Assembly: GCA_965248445.1 (NCBI GenBank)
Contig: CBDFJG010000004.1
Location: 1,888,001-1,952,000 of the forward strand
Source: Planctomycetota bacterium
GTDB lineage: Bacteria > Planctomycetota > JAJSAM01 > JAJVHW01
Direction of reading: 5' to 3'
DNA length: 64,000 nt
Positions 21,225 to 32,096 of this stretch are shown piece by piece; position 1 is the stretch's first letter, and every line of letters begins with the position of its first letter. The notes under the pieces are model-generated. The model was not told the DNA's origin. It did no database searches and worked only from the letters and a program-made list of their open reading frames with translations. The position numbers and the translations under genes were made by a program.

Positions 21225-22762
21225 TTCGTGACGTGCACGAACGTCCCGCCGTTCTGTTTGGCGAGCTTCTCCATCAGATCCGTGTCGCCGTCGTTGCCGA
21301 GGACGACCGTGTGCACACGTAGGAACTCATCCGTGTTGGCTCGCTTGACCTCTTCAAGTATCTGCGACGTCTCCGAGATCGGACCGCAGTTCGGCGAGCC
21401 GTCCGTCAGCACGACCAGTGTGTCCGCCACCGCGGAGTCCCGCATCGGACTGCTCGGCTTCGTGTCCTCGAGCGCACTCAGGAGGGCACCCGACAGGTTG
21501 GTCGATCCCTCCATCCGAAGCTTGGTGATCCAACGCTTCGCCTTGGCCAGGTTGGCCGCGCTCGCCTGGACGAGCCGCGGGGAGTAGCGGTCGAGGTCCG
21601 TGCCGTAGACCACGATGTTGAAGCTCGCCGCGGGTTCGAGACCCTCGAGCGCCGAGATCAGCTCACGCTTGGCCCGGTCGATGCGACGCTCGCGCCCGGT
21701 CCCACCGCCGCCGGGCAGGTCCTCGCTCATGCTCCAGCTGCGGTCGAGCACGAACAGCACCCGCGCCGACCGCAGCCGCAGCCCGAAGTACCGGGAGGTG
21801 CGCGCTCCCTCGAAGTCCGTGGCGTCCGCGGCCGCTACCGGGCGATCCCACGATGCACGCGCGCCCGCCCACCACTCGTTCCACGCGCGGGGATCGTCTC
21901 CGAGCGTCTGACCGGTGATCCGGCGCAGCAGACTCACGAGCAGGTCGTCGACGCGTCCCACCTCGTCGCCGACCCGGCCGATCATCACGTCCAGAGCGCC
22001 CTTCGACCGGCGTGCCGCCAACAGACGGTACGCGTGTCTTCTGATGACGGGATCTTCGCTGTCCACCAGCGGGCCCACCGGAGCCAGGTCGAGCGTGTCC
22101 GGTACGGAACTGAGCGCCACGAGCGCTGCTGCAACGATGTCCCGCTGCTGCGAGGTCGCGGCCAACTCGTGAAGTTGCGTCGCGAGGGCGCGTGCCGGCT
22201 CGCCGCGCAGCGCGGCAATCACCGCGCCCTTCGCCTGGTCACCTCGGGCCGTGGACCAGCGGCGTCGCAGCTTCTCGGCGATCTCTGCGCCGTACTCCGG
22301 CGACATCGGCGCGCAGCCCTCCGCGATCTCCGCGGCGCCGTCGCGAAACGCCGTGAACTCCGACCAGTCTCTCCTCAGCACCTTACCGATCTCGCGGTTC
22401 TCGATCTCGAGCTCGCGGTACTCGGTGTACTTGTCACGCGGTAGCTCGTACCGGGTGACATGCTTCTTGAAGAAGCGGAACAGCTTCGTGCCCTGTGCGT
22501 CGCGCTTCTTGAGCGTCGCGCGATATCGCCTGTGCGCCGCGACGATCCCGTCCACGGCGATCAGCAGCGAATCGGGCGTGGGATGTTCGCGCAGCATCTG
22601 CGCGAGTTCGAGTCGCTCGTCCGGTGTGCCGGCAGAGAGCACACGCTTGGCGGCGCGCGGCTCCAGCGCGTCGTCGGACGCACGGGCAAACGCGGGAACG
22701 AAACACGCCAGCAGCAGAGCCGCCGCGGCGAAGCGCACGATGAACTCACCCACCAGCCTCAA
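21221..22762 (-). CDS. Secreted HEAT-repeat and von Willebrand A domain protein
   Basis: MIDAS motif DRSWS, GSTNL, LTDG; HEAT-like repeats; TGQTLG..W..WW linker. Confidence 0.85.
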   Translation of the reverse strand: MRLVGEFIVRFAAAALLLACFVPAFARASDDALEPRAAKRVLSAGTPDERLELAQMLREHPTPDSLLIAVDGIVAAHRRYRATLKKRDAQGTKLFRFFKKHVTRYELPRDKYTEYRELEIENREIGKVLRRDWSEFTAFRDGAAEIAEGCAPMSPEYGAEIAEKLRRRWSTARGDQAKGAVIAALRGEPARALATQLHELAATSQQRDIVAAALVALSSVPDTLDLAPVGPLVDSEDPVIRRHAYRLLAARRSKGALDVMIGRVGDEVGRVDDLLVSLLRRITGQTLGDDPRAWNEWWAGARASWDRPVAAADATDFEGARTSRYFGLRLRSARVLFVLDRSWSMSEDLPGGGGTGRERRIDRAKRELISALEGLEPAASFNIVVYGTDLDRYSPRLVQASAANLAKAKRWITKLRMEGSTNLSGALLSALEDTKPSSPMRDSAVADTLVVLTDGSPNCGPISETSQILEEVKRANTDEFLRVHTVVLGNDGDTDLMEKLAKQNGGTFVHVTK

Positions 22763-22884
22763 GTCTACTGCGCGCAGCTACAAGCCTGCGACCTGTGCCG
22801 CTCAACCACCGGACAGTTGACGCACAGGAGGTCTCGCCGTAACTTCTTGACTTCGGGTTCGTTCACCGCAAAGAGGAGGCTCTG

Positions 22885-23685
22885 ATGCGTATTCGGAAGT
22901 GGGAGTGGGCGTTTGTGGCCTTGGTGGCCGTCGCTTCGTATGGGATTTCGTTCTCGGCGGCGGCTGGCGCATTGGGCGGCCGTGGTGGCAAGCAGGGATC
23001 TAGCTATGGGCGCGATGGGGAGGCTGGTGACCAGGGCAGCAGCGGTTCACCCGGAGCCGGAGGCGTCAAGGGGGCCCACGGATCTGACGCCAACATCTTC
23101 GCTGCTGCGGACCACAAGGGAAATGACGAGGTCGCGTGGGCCTATGGTGCGCACGCGGGGCTAGCCGGGAACGGCACACACGGCGGAACCGGGACCGGTG
23201 ACTCGGGAGGCGGAGGCGGCGGGTGTGGGGGCAATGGTGGCCGCGGACAGGACGCAGACGCTTCCTGTGGCGACGACACAGCCGCCCCGCCACCCGCGGC
23301 CGCCAGTGCGTACGCAGGGAACGGCACGGACGGCGGCGATGGGGGCAATGGTGGCGACGCGTGGGACGGCGACGCCGGAGATGGCGGCGACGGTGGAGAA
23401 GAGGGTGACGGTGGAAACGCTGAAGCCGTCGCTGGGGCTGGCGCGGTACCGACGGCAATCGGTGGTGACGATGGATACACCGGCGACGGTGGTGATGGGG
23501 GTTCCTGTAATGACGGGCACGGAGGAGACGGAGGCGACGTTCACGCCGGTGGCAGCGGCGGCGGGTACTCGTGGGAGAACGGCGTGCAGAACCCCAACAA
23601 CGATGGGGCCCCAGCTGGCCAGGGGCAGGGCGGAAGCAAGGGCACCGGTGGTCAGTCGGAAGGGGCGGATGGCGAGGTCATGTAG
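22885..23685 (+). CDS. Secreted glycine-rich acidic protein (GxxG/GGDGG repeats)
   Basis: AGGAGG RBS, signal peptide, long Gly-X-X runs. Confidence 0.75.
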   Translation: MRIRKWEWAFVALVAVASYGISFSAAAGALGGRGGKQGSSYGRDGEAGDQGSSGSPGAGGVKGAHGSDANIFAAADHKGNDEVAWAYGAHAGLAGNGTHGGTGTGDSGGGGGGCGGNGGRGQDADASCGDDTAAPPPAAASAYAGNGTDGGDGGNGGDAWDGDAGDGGDGGEEGDGGNAEAVAGAGAVPTAIGGDDGYTGDGGDGGSCNDGHGGDGGDVHAGGSGGGYSWENGVQNPNNDGAPAGQGQGGSKGTGGQSEGADGEVM

Positions 23686-23704
23686 CCACTAGAGACACTC
23701 AGTT

Positions 23705-25088
23705 GTGGCTACGCCCCCGAATCGGGACCGTCGGCTCTCCGCATACCTCGTGCTTGCGGCGATCGTCGCGGGCGTCTGGGGGGCACTTGTCGGCTCCTGT
23801 CAGCCCGAACCGATCCCGGCCGCAGCCACGCGAGTGCCAGCGGAGGGTTTACGCTCGACTCGAGAGCGAGTCCGTCTCCCAGATCGAGGCGCGGCTACGC
23901 GGAGCCCCCCACCCGTCAGCGCGGCGCCCTCGACTGTCGTAGGTCTAGCTCGCTGGCTCCACGACGGGACGTCGGTCGAAAACCAGCAAATGTCCGTCGA
24001 TATCGACGGACATCGACTCCTGGTGCAGACCGATGCCCTCGGCCGGTTCCACTTGGCGACCGCTCTGCCCACCCGAACCGGAACTGGTCCCGAACGCGAT
24101 GTGATGCGAGTCGCTCGTGCGACGCGCGGGCCGGACGGTGACATCAGTGTCTGGGTCGCTCACCAAGTCGATCTGCGCGTCACGCTGGAGATAGACGATC
24201 GTCCCGGCGGACCGCTTCCTGACGCATTGCGGGTACTTGTGAGGCGCAATCCGGGGATGGTCTCCCACATCAACGAGTCCCCGGCACCGGAAGTGGTCTC
24301 CAACACCGCGCTCGAGTCGATGGGAATCCGCGTGCGGCGCTCGGTAGAGTTCGAGCCAGGGCAGCGCGTGGCGTCGCTCCGGGTCCCCTTCCTACAGGGG
24401 TCCGTCGTGACAGCGTCCGCCCCAGGTTACCGGCCTGCTCTGGAGCGGATCGCTCCCGATCCCGACATGCGGTCCGCGCAGGCGCACCTCCTGCTGCAAC
24501 GGGTACGGAAGATGCGCGGCACAGTGCGAGACGAGGACGGTGTGCAGTTGGAGGGGGTGCCTGTCATCGCCTGGTTGTGGAAGCGCATTCCGCGTGATCA
24601 AGTCCCAATGGATGAACTCCGAGGGATGCAGGAACGCGGAGCAGTGATGGTTGGGACACGCGGGGACTACGCAATCACCCGGGTCGCCGTGCACTCGATC
24701 ACTGATGCCGGGGGGGAGTGGGAGGTGGACCTCGTGTACGACGGAACCATCGTGGTGATCGCCCACGGGAAAGCCCGTCCTCCGAGGCGTCGAACCGTCG
24801 GGTGGGGGGAGGTTGACGCCGTCCACCTCACGCTAGAACCCCGGACAGACGCCGAGGTCCAGCTCAGGCTGGATGGCGAGCCGCTCGCCGATGCGAAGGT
24901 CAGCGTGACTGACATCACCGACGACGTTCAGACGTCGGCGCCGTACCTCTACTCCGACAAGGAAGGGATGATGAGCGCAGCTGTGTTCCACAACCGCAGG
25001 ACGTACCACCTGTGGGTCCGGAGGGACAGAGAGTCCTGGCGAACCAAGATCGTGTGGGGTGGGGCGGCCACGATCGAGCTGGCTAGCG
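23705..25088 (+). CDS. Membrane-anchored carboxypeptidase-regulatory-like domain protein; C-terminus abuts or is clipped by IS66 element B
   Basis: N-terminal TM helix; TDALGRF, GTVRDEDG..LEGV and TDAGGEW motifs; the ORF reads into the IS end at 25089. Confidence 0.7.
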
Positions 25089-25981
25089 GTACCTGTTCAG
25101 GTCATGAGTGAGCAGCCCCGTGCTCAGCGACTGATCGGCAGCGCGACGAGAGTCGGCGGCGGTTGCCCGAGCCCGGCGGCGCTGGTGGCGGCGACGAGGT
25201 AGTCGAAGACGTTGTCGCCGCGCTGCCGGCAGGTGGCGGTGACGGTCAAGATGCGCTCGACGAAGCGCAGTCCTCGCTCGCTCTGGCTGCCGTGGGTGCC
25301 GCGGCGCCACAGCACTGGTTTGCGCACGGCGCGCTCGGCGATGTTGTTGGTCGGGGAGACACCCGGCACGTCGGCGAAGGACCAAAGTGCCTCGGCTCTT
25401 GCGAGCAGATGACGACTGATCCCGCGGACTCGACGCTGCTTGCTGTCCGCCCCGCGTACGAGCAAGTCGATCAGTCGCGACCACGTCGGGCGCAGCTCTC
25501 GCTGCATCCTTGCGCGGTCCCCGTGCTCACCCAAGCGGCGATGCGCTCGCATGACGGCCTGGGCGAGCGAGACCGCGCTCTTGCCGAAGCGACGCTCGCC
25601 AGATCGTCCCTCCGCAAGCGAGCGAAAGTCGCGCTCGAGGTGCGCCCAGCAGATCTGGCGACGCTCGGTCGGGTGCCGGTCGTAGGCGCCCATGCGGTCG
25701 GTGACCAGGACGCCGCGGTAACGGCGACCGATGAGTCGTCGCATGGCCTTGGCGCTGCGACGACGATCGATCCGGTGGACCACTGCGTGCTCGCTGACCG
25801 CGCTCCACAGCCAGTGCAGGACGCCGCGACGAGGCCACGGTGTTTCGTCCACGTGAGCGACCCGGCTCGTGCGCACGGCACCCAGTGCCTCGAGGTGCGC
25901 GGAGGACAGCGCACCCGACACCCGCTCCTCGATGGCGCTCACGGTGCCGGGCGACATCGACACGCCGATCACGTCGCGCAG
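25089..25981 (-). mobile_element. IS66-family element B, 3' half only (truncated by element A)
   Basis: End GTACCTGTTCAGG; VDET, QICWAH and PTNNIAER motifs; 5' half missing. Confidence 0.9.
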
Positions 25982-27481
25982 GTAACCGTTCACCCCTTCG
26001 TCGCGAGCCAGGATCCAGATCGTTCGGCCATCGGTCGATCAAGATGTTGTGGGCGAGCGGCAGGACGAGGATCTGCGGGCGATGGTCGAGGGCCTTCTGG
26101 CCTGGATCGAGGAGCTGGAGCGTCGCGAAGCGAAGCATCTGCGCCGCATCGACGAGCTCGAGTCGCGTCTGAAGCGTGACTCCCGCAACAGCTCGAGGCC
26201 TCCGTCGTCGGACCCGGCGTGGCCCAAGCGCCGTCGCGGCCGAAGGCCGCGTAGCGGTCGCAAGCAGGGCGGACAGCCGGGCCATGAGGGCACGGCGCGC
26301 GAGCTGGTGGATCCGTCCAACGTCGATGAGACCAAGGACCACCGTCCCGACCTCTGCGACGCGTGCGGACACGACGATCTCGAGCAGGGCATCGGCGATC
26401 CGTACCGGCACCAGGTGACGGTGCTCCCGCGCGTGCTCGTCACGGTGCGGGAGCACCGGCTGCACAAGGCGCGGTGCCGGCGCTGTCGTGCGGTCACGAC
26501 GGCGGTCCTGCCCGATGGCGTGCCGACCGGGGCCTTCGGTCCGCGGCTGACCACACTTGCCGGCGCGCTGCGCGGCGTGTACCGCGTGAGCGTGCGGGAG
26601 ACGCAGCGGCTGCTCGGTGAGATTTTCGGTGTGAAGATGTCGCTGGGCAAGATCAGCGACTGTGAGCGTCGGCTCAGTGACGCTCTGCACTCGTCGTACC
26701 TCGAAGCCCTCGGGGCAGTCCGCACGTCGCTGCGAGCCAACGTGGACGAGACGTCGTGGAAGGAACGGGGCCGGGTGTGCTGGCTGTGGGCGGCGGAGAG
26801 CGAGCACGCCACAGCCTTCGGGATCGATCGCCGCCGCAGTGCCAAGGCGAAAGGGCGGCTGATCGGGCGGCGCTTCGGTGGCACGGTGATCAGCGACCGG
26901 ATGGGTGCCTACGAGTCACACCCACTTGCCCGCCGCCAGCTCTGCTGGGCGCACATCGAGCGCGCCTTCCGTGCGCTGGCCGAAGGCCCGCGAGGACATC
27001 GCCGCTTCGGCAACAAGGGCGTCATGATCGCGCAGTCGGTCATGCGCAGCTACCGGCTCTTCGGTGAGCACGGCGACCGTGACCGGCTGCAAGGCGAAGC
27101 CGCTGTGCTGCGCGGACGGCTCGAGCGACTGATCGCGAACGACGACTCGGCTCTGGCCAACCATCTGCGCCCCCGCGTGGTCGCCCTCTTCACCTATGCG
27201 CGGACCCAGGACGTGAGTCCGACCAACAACGCCGCCGAGCGCGCGGTCCGCAAAGCGGTGCTCTGGCGCAAGGGCTCCTTCGGAAGCCAGTCCGCTCGCG
27301 GACTCCGCTTCGCCGAGCGCGTGTTGACCGCCGCGGCCACGCTGCGACGCCGTGGCGACCAAGTCTTCGACTTCCTCGCCGACTCGGTCGCCGCGCACCT
27401 CACCGGCGCCGACCCGCCCGTCATGGTCCCGCTGCCCCTCGCACGCTGAGGCTCACACGCTGTCAAGGGGTGAACGAGTAC
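25982..27481 (+). mobile_element. IS66-family element A, copy 2 (transposase 26049-27449)
   Basis: Near-identical to copy 1; right end altered (GTGAACGAGTAC instead of GTGAACGGTTAC); no TSD. Confidence 0.92.
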
Positions 27482-27766
27482 GCGCGGTGGGAGAGTCGCA
27501 GACCGGGCGGCCCTCGCGAACTGACCACGACGAACTCAATCGAGGGCTTTTTCGGGATCTTCCGCAGGTCGGTCTACGGGACGTGGCACTCGGTCTCGCC
27601 CTGCCACCTGCCCACGTACCTGGGCGCCGCGACCTTCCGTTACAACCACCGCCGAGACGACGACGGAGAACAGGTCAGGCAGGCGGTTCTTTCGGCTTAC
27701 GGGAAGCACCTTCCGAGCCCTCAGTCTCAGGCTCGTCGTCGTCGGTTGGCGGCGGCGGGGTCTTGA
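27477..27766 (+). pseudogene. IS1595-family transposase, 3' fragment
   Basis: EYAR...TNSIEGFFGIFRRSVYGTWHSVS..HL..YL...FRYNHR matches the IS1595 C-terminal signature. Confidence 0.8.
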
Positions 27767-27842
27767 GTCCCTTCCGCAGGGCTTCCTTCCAATCGCCGTG
27801 GATCTTGAGCGGACGATCCTCATCTGGCTCGTCGTCGCTCAT
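27675..27842 (-). CDS. Small hypothetical protein (55 aa) convergent on the IS1595 fragment
   Basis: GGAGAG RBS; MSDDEPDEDRPLKIHGDWKEALRKGLKTPPP. Confidence 0.45.
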   Translation of the reverse strand: MSDDEPDEDRPLKIHGDWKEALRKGLKTPPPPTDDDEPETEGSEGASRKPKEPPA

Positions 27843-27915
27843 GTCCGCTCTCCATCAAGAAGTGGAGCCCCCGCAGCGTTGATGTTCCCCGCGAGGGCTC
27901 CTGCCCGTCACCCGT

Positions 27916-27987
27916 GGGGCCGAGACCCTTGGTAGGCGCCAGACACTTGGAAAGTCAGGTTCGCGGGTTCGATTCCCGTCGGCTCCA
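27916..27987 (+). tRNA. tRNA-like element or pseudo-tRNA (Ala-type acceptor stem, TGG in the anticodon position)
   Basis: Acceptor GGGGCCG/CGGCTCC with G3-U70, discriminator A, T arm GCGGG-TTCGATT-CCCGT; D and anticodon stems imperfect. Confidence 0.5.
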
Positions 27988-27999
27988 CACAGGCTCCAC

Positions 28000-28032
28000 G
28001 CGCGGGGCACGGTTGTCAACCACGCCCCGCGC
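28000..28032 (+). terminator. GC-rich hairpin downstream of the tRNA-like element
   Basis: GCGCGGGGC pairs with GCCCCGCGC; no long U tract. Confidence 0.45.
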
Positions 28033-28161
28033 CTGACGCCCTTCTTCCTGCCAGTCCGTCAGACTGGCACTCGGGGGTTTCAACAGGTTGACACTCTGCC
28101 GACAGCGCGTCCATGGCGTCGCTGAGCAGTGCGCGCAACGCGACGATCTCGTCTCGGAGCG

Positions 28162-28812
28162 TCACGGCGCGGCCCTTCGGGCAGCACGGCCGAGCATCCT
28201 CTCGGTGCTGATGAAGCCGCTCGGGTCCTCGGTCTTGATGCGGCGACGCTGGTTTACCCAGTCGATCGAGCGGCTCCCCGATGACTCGGCAGCGCGATCT
28301 CGGTGCACGGCCGATGCCAGGTCCTTCAGCCGGCCGTCCTTCAAGCGGGACCGGGAGCCGGCCCAGGCAAGAGCGAAGCGACGGGCCTCCCCCTCGTTAG
28401 GGGGAGGGGGGGGTTCTGTCCCTGTCCCTGTCCCTGTCAGAGCTACTTCCGAACGATTTTCGTCACGCGCGCTTCCGTGACGTTTCTTGTCCCGCGCCTT
28501 CTTCGCTCGAGCCGGAGATCCCGGATCCTTCTGCCACCTATCCCATTTCTGGATCACGTAGTTAGGGCCAACCTGTTCCACCCAACCAAGGGCAGTCAGG
28601 GCGCGAAAGAACACACCCTGTCTACGCTTGGAGAGCCCCGCAAACGCCTCCAGTAGGGGGGCGATGACTGTCCCGTTCACGGTCCCGTTCCAGCCCTCTC
28701 GTTTCGAAATCGTCAGCAGAACTACCCAGGAATAGCGGTGTTCTACGGGGAGGGTCAGGGTCTCCAGGTCCATCGGAAACCCGGTGCTGAGGGCTATCCA
28801 CTGGCGTGTCAC
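28162..28812 (-). CDS. Phage replication initiator / replisome organizer-like protein
   Basis: N-terminal wHTH-like region ending WDRWQ, basic helix, TGTGTGTE linker typical of phage replication proteins. Confidence 0.6.
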   Translation of the reverse strand: MTRQWIALSTGFPMDLETLTLPVEHRYSWVVLLTISKREGWNGTVNGTVIAPLLEAFAGLSKRRQGVFFRALTALGWVEQVGPNYVIQKWDRWQKDPGSPARAKKARDKKRHGSARDENRSEVALTGTGTGTEPPPPPNEGEARRFALAWAGSRSRLKDGRLKDLASAVHRDRAAESSGSRSIDWVNQRRRIKTEDPSGFISTERMLGRAARRAAP

Positions 28813-29272
28813 CCGGCGCGCTCCCTCGCGCGCTCCTGGTGGTGCCGACGCAGCCACACGAGGAAGGACTCGTAGTCGCGATCGGACAGGCGAGCGACCC
28901 GCCCCTGGACCGACTTGAGCCGCTGGGCGCGCACATGCTCTATCGCTCCGCCCCACGACTCGATCTCGTAGAGGCGGGGGAAGGCGATCTCCAACGGCCT
29001 GCGGTGAGCGCATGGAACCGCGCCAGAGGGCGGGTGGTTCTGCGTGTTCTCGCACGGCGCTAGCGCGTCGATGAGTGCGGCTTCAAGGTAGCGCACGCAG
29101 CGGTGGCGGGTCTCGGTGTAGACGTCCACCCAGAGCATCGCGCCTGCCGCTTCTGCCGCGAGCAATAGCGTCTTGCCCTCCCACCCCTTCCCGATGTGCG
29201 CCGAGATCCGCCACCATTGCCGACGGGTCATGCCGACATAGCTACAGACGACCCCGCGCTCATCGGGCCACC
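28809..29272 (-). pseudogene. GIY-YIG nuclease-like phage gene, 5' truncated by IS
   Basis: YVGMT...RISAH...YLEAALI..L.P.EN; GTGA overlap with the next gene. Confidence 0.55.
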
Positions 29273-29279
29273 CGGGACG

Positions 29280-30906
29280 TGTCAACGACTTTGAGACACC
29301 GCGTCTTCGAGTTTAGTGAGCAGCCTCCTGTGTCGCAGTCTCCAGCGCCGCGAGTTCCCGGGCCGGCGGGTTGATCCACGTCTCGGTCGGCAGAGCCGGC
29401 GGCGTCGGCGCACGGCGCACGAAGCGCTCGGGATGCGCCGCGTACGCGGCATCGAGCACGACCGAGCGCGCGGCGACGGCCGCTTCGGCGCGGCCGTAGT
29501 GCACGGTCTCGGGCGTCAGCAGCCCGAGACTCGAGTGACGATGCTCGCGGTTGTACCAGTGGAAAAAGGCGCGGCAGTGCGCCCGCGCGTCCTCGATGCA
29601 GCCGAAGCGCGCTGGGAAGTCCGGCCGGTACTTCAGCGTGCGGAATTGGCTCTCGGAAAACGGATTGTCATTCGACGTGTACGGCCGGCTGTGCGACTTC
29701 GTCACGCCGAGATCGGCGAGCAGAAAGGCCACCGGCTTGCTGATCATCGGCGGCCCCCGATCGGAGTGGATCGTGAGCTGCTCCGCCGCGATCCCCTGCT
29801 TCTCGCAGGACTGCTCGATGAGTGCCGTCGCCAGCGCACCGCTCTCGCAGTCCGCCAGCATCCAGCCCACGACGTTGCGGGAGTAGATGTCGAGCACGAC
29901 GTAGAGATAGAAGTAGCTCCACTTCACCGGGCCGCGGAGCTTGGTGATGTCCCAGCTCCAGACCTGGTTCGGGGAGGTCGCGAGGAGCTCGGGCTTCTTG
30001 TACGCGGGATGACGCAGCTGGTTGCGGCGCTCACGCACAGCACCAGCCGCACCGAGGATGCGGTACATCGTGCGCACCGAGCACAGGTAGCGTCCCTCGT
30101 CGAGCAGGATCGCCCACGCCGCAAGCGGTGACAGATCGCAGAAGCGCTCCTCGCTCAGCACCGCGAGTACGGTAAGACGCTCGTCGATCGTGAGGGCGCG
30201 CGGCGAGCGCCGGCGCGGCTGCTGGGGCCGGGGGCACGTGCGTGCCGTTCGGCGCCGATAGAGCGTGGCGCGCGTGACTCCGAGCGCGCGGCACGCGGGG
30301 GCGACGCCCACGCGTCCCCCCAGCTCCTCCGCCGCAATCACGTGTCGCTCCCGCTCGTCTCGGGCATCTCGATGCCCAGCAGCCGTGAGACTTTTCGCTG
30401 CACGTCGATGATCACCTCGGCCGTCTCGAGCCGCTTCTCGAGACGGGCGACTTCGCGCTCGAGCTGCTCGTTGCGCTTCTTGAGCGCACGGTCCGGATCG
30501 GGCTTGGGACCACGCCGCTTGGGCGAGAGCGCCTCGAGCTGGCCCTGGTCCCGCGCGCGCCGCCACGTCAACAAGTGCGAGGAGTACAGCCCCTCACGGC
30601 GCAAGAGAGCGCCGATCTCGCCGGGCTTCGTGCACGCGTCCGCCGCCTCGATGATCCGTAGCTTGTACGCGGCGCCAAAGCGCCGCCGCGAGGCGCGCGG
30701 CACGACCTCGGGGTCGCGCACCCCAACGTCCCCCGGGCCGCGCGCCCCGGGGGAGCCCCCTCCGCCTCGATCGCGCTCGCTATGCTCGCCCTCCCTCGGC
30801 TCCGGGATCTCCCCCGGCGCTGTGTTGTGGTTGTTCGTCATCGCTGGTTCCTCCACCGCCCTGCACAGTAATCATCCGTGGGGTCGGTGTCTCAGCCACG
30901 TTGGCA
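29280..30906 (-). mobile_element. IS3-family-type element (orfA 30338-30841, orfB 29313-30341); true ends may extend a few bp further
   Basis: Imperfect IRs TGTCAACG...TGAGACACC and TGCCAACG...TGAGACACC; DDE motifs WSWDIT, HSDRG, DNPFSESQF. Confidence 0.88.
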
Positions 30907-30976
30907 CAGAGGGGTGGCCGGCTTCATGTTCATGGGCGAGTCCGACCGGGGAGTCTATCGGCTGACCGGCCTCGGG

Positions 30977-31963
30977 CTAGGTGAGCAGATCTGCGACCGC
31001 GTCGCGCTCTTCGCGGAGTTCGCCGACCGTCGCGTCGATCTTCTCGCGGGAGAACGAGTCGACCTCGAGGCCCTGCACGATCTCCCAGCCGCCGTTGCCG
31101 TCGGCGCGGACCGGAAAGCTGCAGATAATGCCCTCGTCGATGCCGTAACTGCCGTCGGACGGCACGCCCGCGCTGAACCAGTCGCCCCCGTCGGTGGGGG
31201 TGGTCATGGCGACGACGTGATCGATCGCGGCGCTGGCGGCGCTGGCGGCCGACGACGACCCGCGCGCCGCGATGATCGACGCGCCGCGCTTCTGCACGGT
31301 CGTGATGAAGTCACCGCGCAGCCAGTCGTGGTCGTCGATGACGTCCATCAACGGTTTGCCGCCGATCTTGGCGTGCACGAAGTCCGGGAACTGCGTCGCG
31401 CTGTGGTTGCCCCAGATAGCAACGTTCGTGACGTCGGTGACCGGCACGCCGGCCTTCGCGGAGAGCTGTGCCTTCGAGCGGTTCTCGTCCAGGCGCGTCA
31501 TCGCGGCGAACCGGTCGTCGGGGATGTCCGGCGCGCTGTTCATCGCGATCAGGCAGTTCGTGTTGCACGGGTTGCCGACCACGAGGACACGCACGTCGCT
31601 CGCCGCGTTCTCGTTCAGCGCCCGGCCGGTGCCGGTGAAGATCGGGCCGTTGGTGCGGATGAGGTCCTTGCGGAGCATGCCCTTGCCGCGCGGCTTCGAG
31701 CCCACCAGGAGCGCCCAGTTGCAGCCGTCAAATCCGACGTTCGCGTCGTCGGTCGCGTCGACCTCGGCGAGCAGCGGGAAGGCGCAGTCGTTCAGTTCCA
31801 TGATCACGCCCTCGGCCGCCGACATGGCCGGCGGGATCTCGAGGATGCGGATCGCGACGGGCTGCTCGGGGCCGAACAGCGCACCTGACGCGATGCGGAA
31901 CAACAGCGCGTAGCCGATCTGGCCGGCGCCCCCCGTGACGGTGACGCGAATGGGACTCTTCAT
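30977..31963 (-). CDS. mdh: Malate dehydrogenase
   Basis: [51 protein letters not shown]. Confidence 0.96.
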   Translation of the reverse strand: MKSPIRVTVTGGAGQIGYALLFRIASGALFGPEQPVAIRILEIPPAMSAAEGVIMELNDCAFPLLAEVDATDDANVGFDGCNWALLVGSKPRGKGMLRKDLIRTNGPIFTGTGRALNENAASDVRVLVVGNPCNTNCLIAMNSAPDIPDDRFAAMTRLDENRSKAQLSAKAGVPVTDVTNVAIWGNHSATQFPDFVHAKIGGKPLMDVIDDHDWLRGDFITTVQKRGASIIAARGSSSAASAASAAIDHVVAMTTPTDGGDWFSAGVPSDGSYGIDEGIICSFPVRADGNGGWEIVQGLEVDSFSREKIDATVGELREERDAVADLLT

Positions 31964-32096
31964 GCCTTCCTCCAGCGGATCGCGGTCGAGCCCGGGAGGG
32001 TACCGCCGGTCGCGGTCGCCGCCGACCCAAACGGGAGCGATCTGCACACACCCGGTCGGAGACAAACCGGGGCCGTGCCGCTAGTCTCTCGCCGCG

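Noticed and set aside
27916..27987. Full tmRNA (ssrA) gene
   Set aside because: The ends resemble tmRNA but enclose only 72 nt, with no tag ORF or pseudoknot region.
28416..28438. CTGTCC tandem repeat as an iteron or excision scar
   Set aside because: It is in frame and encodes the TGTGTGT linker of the phage replication protein.
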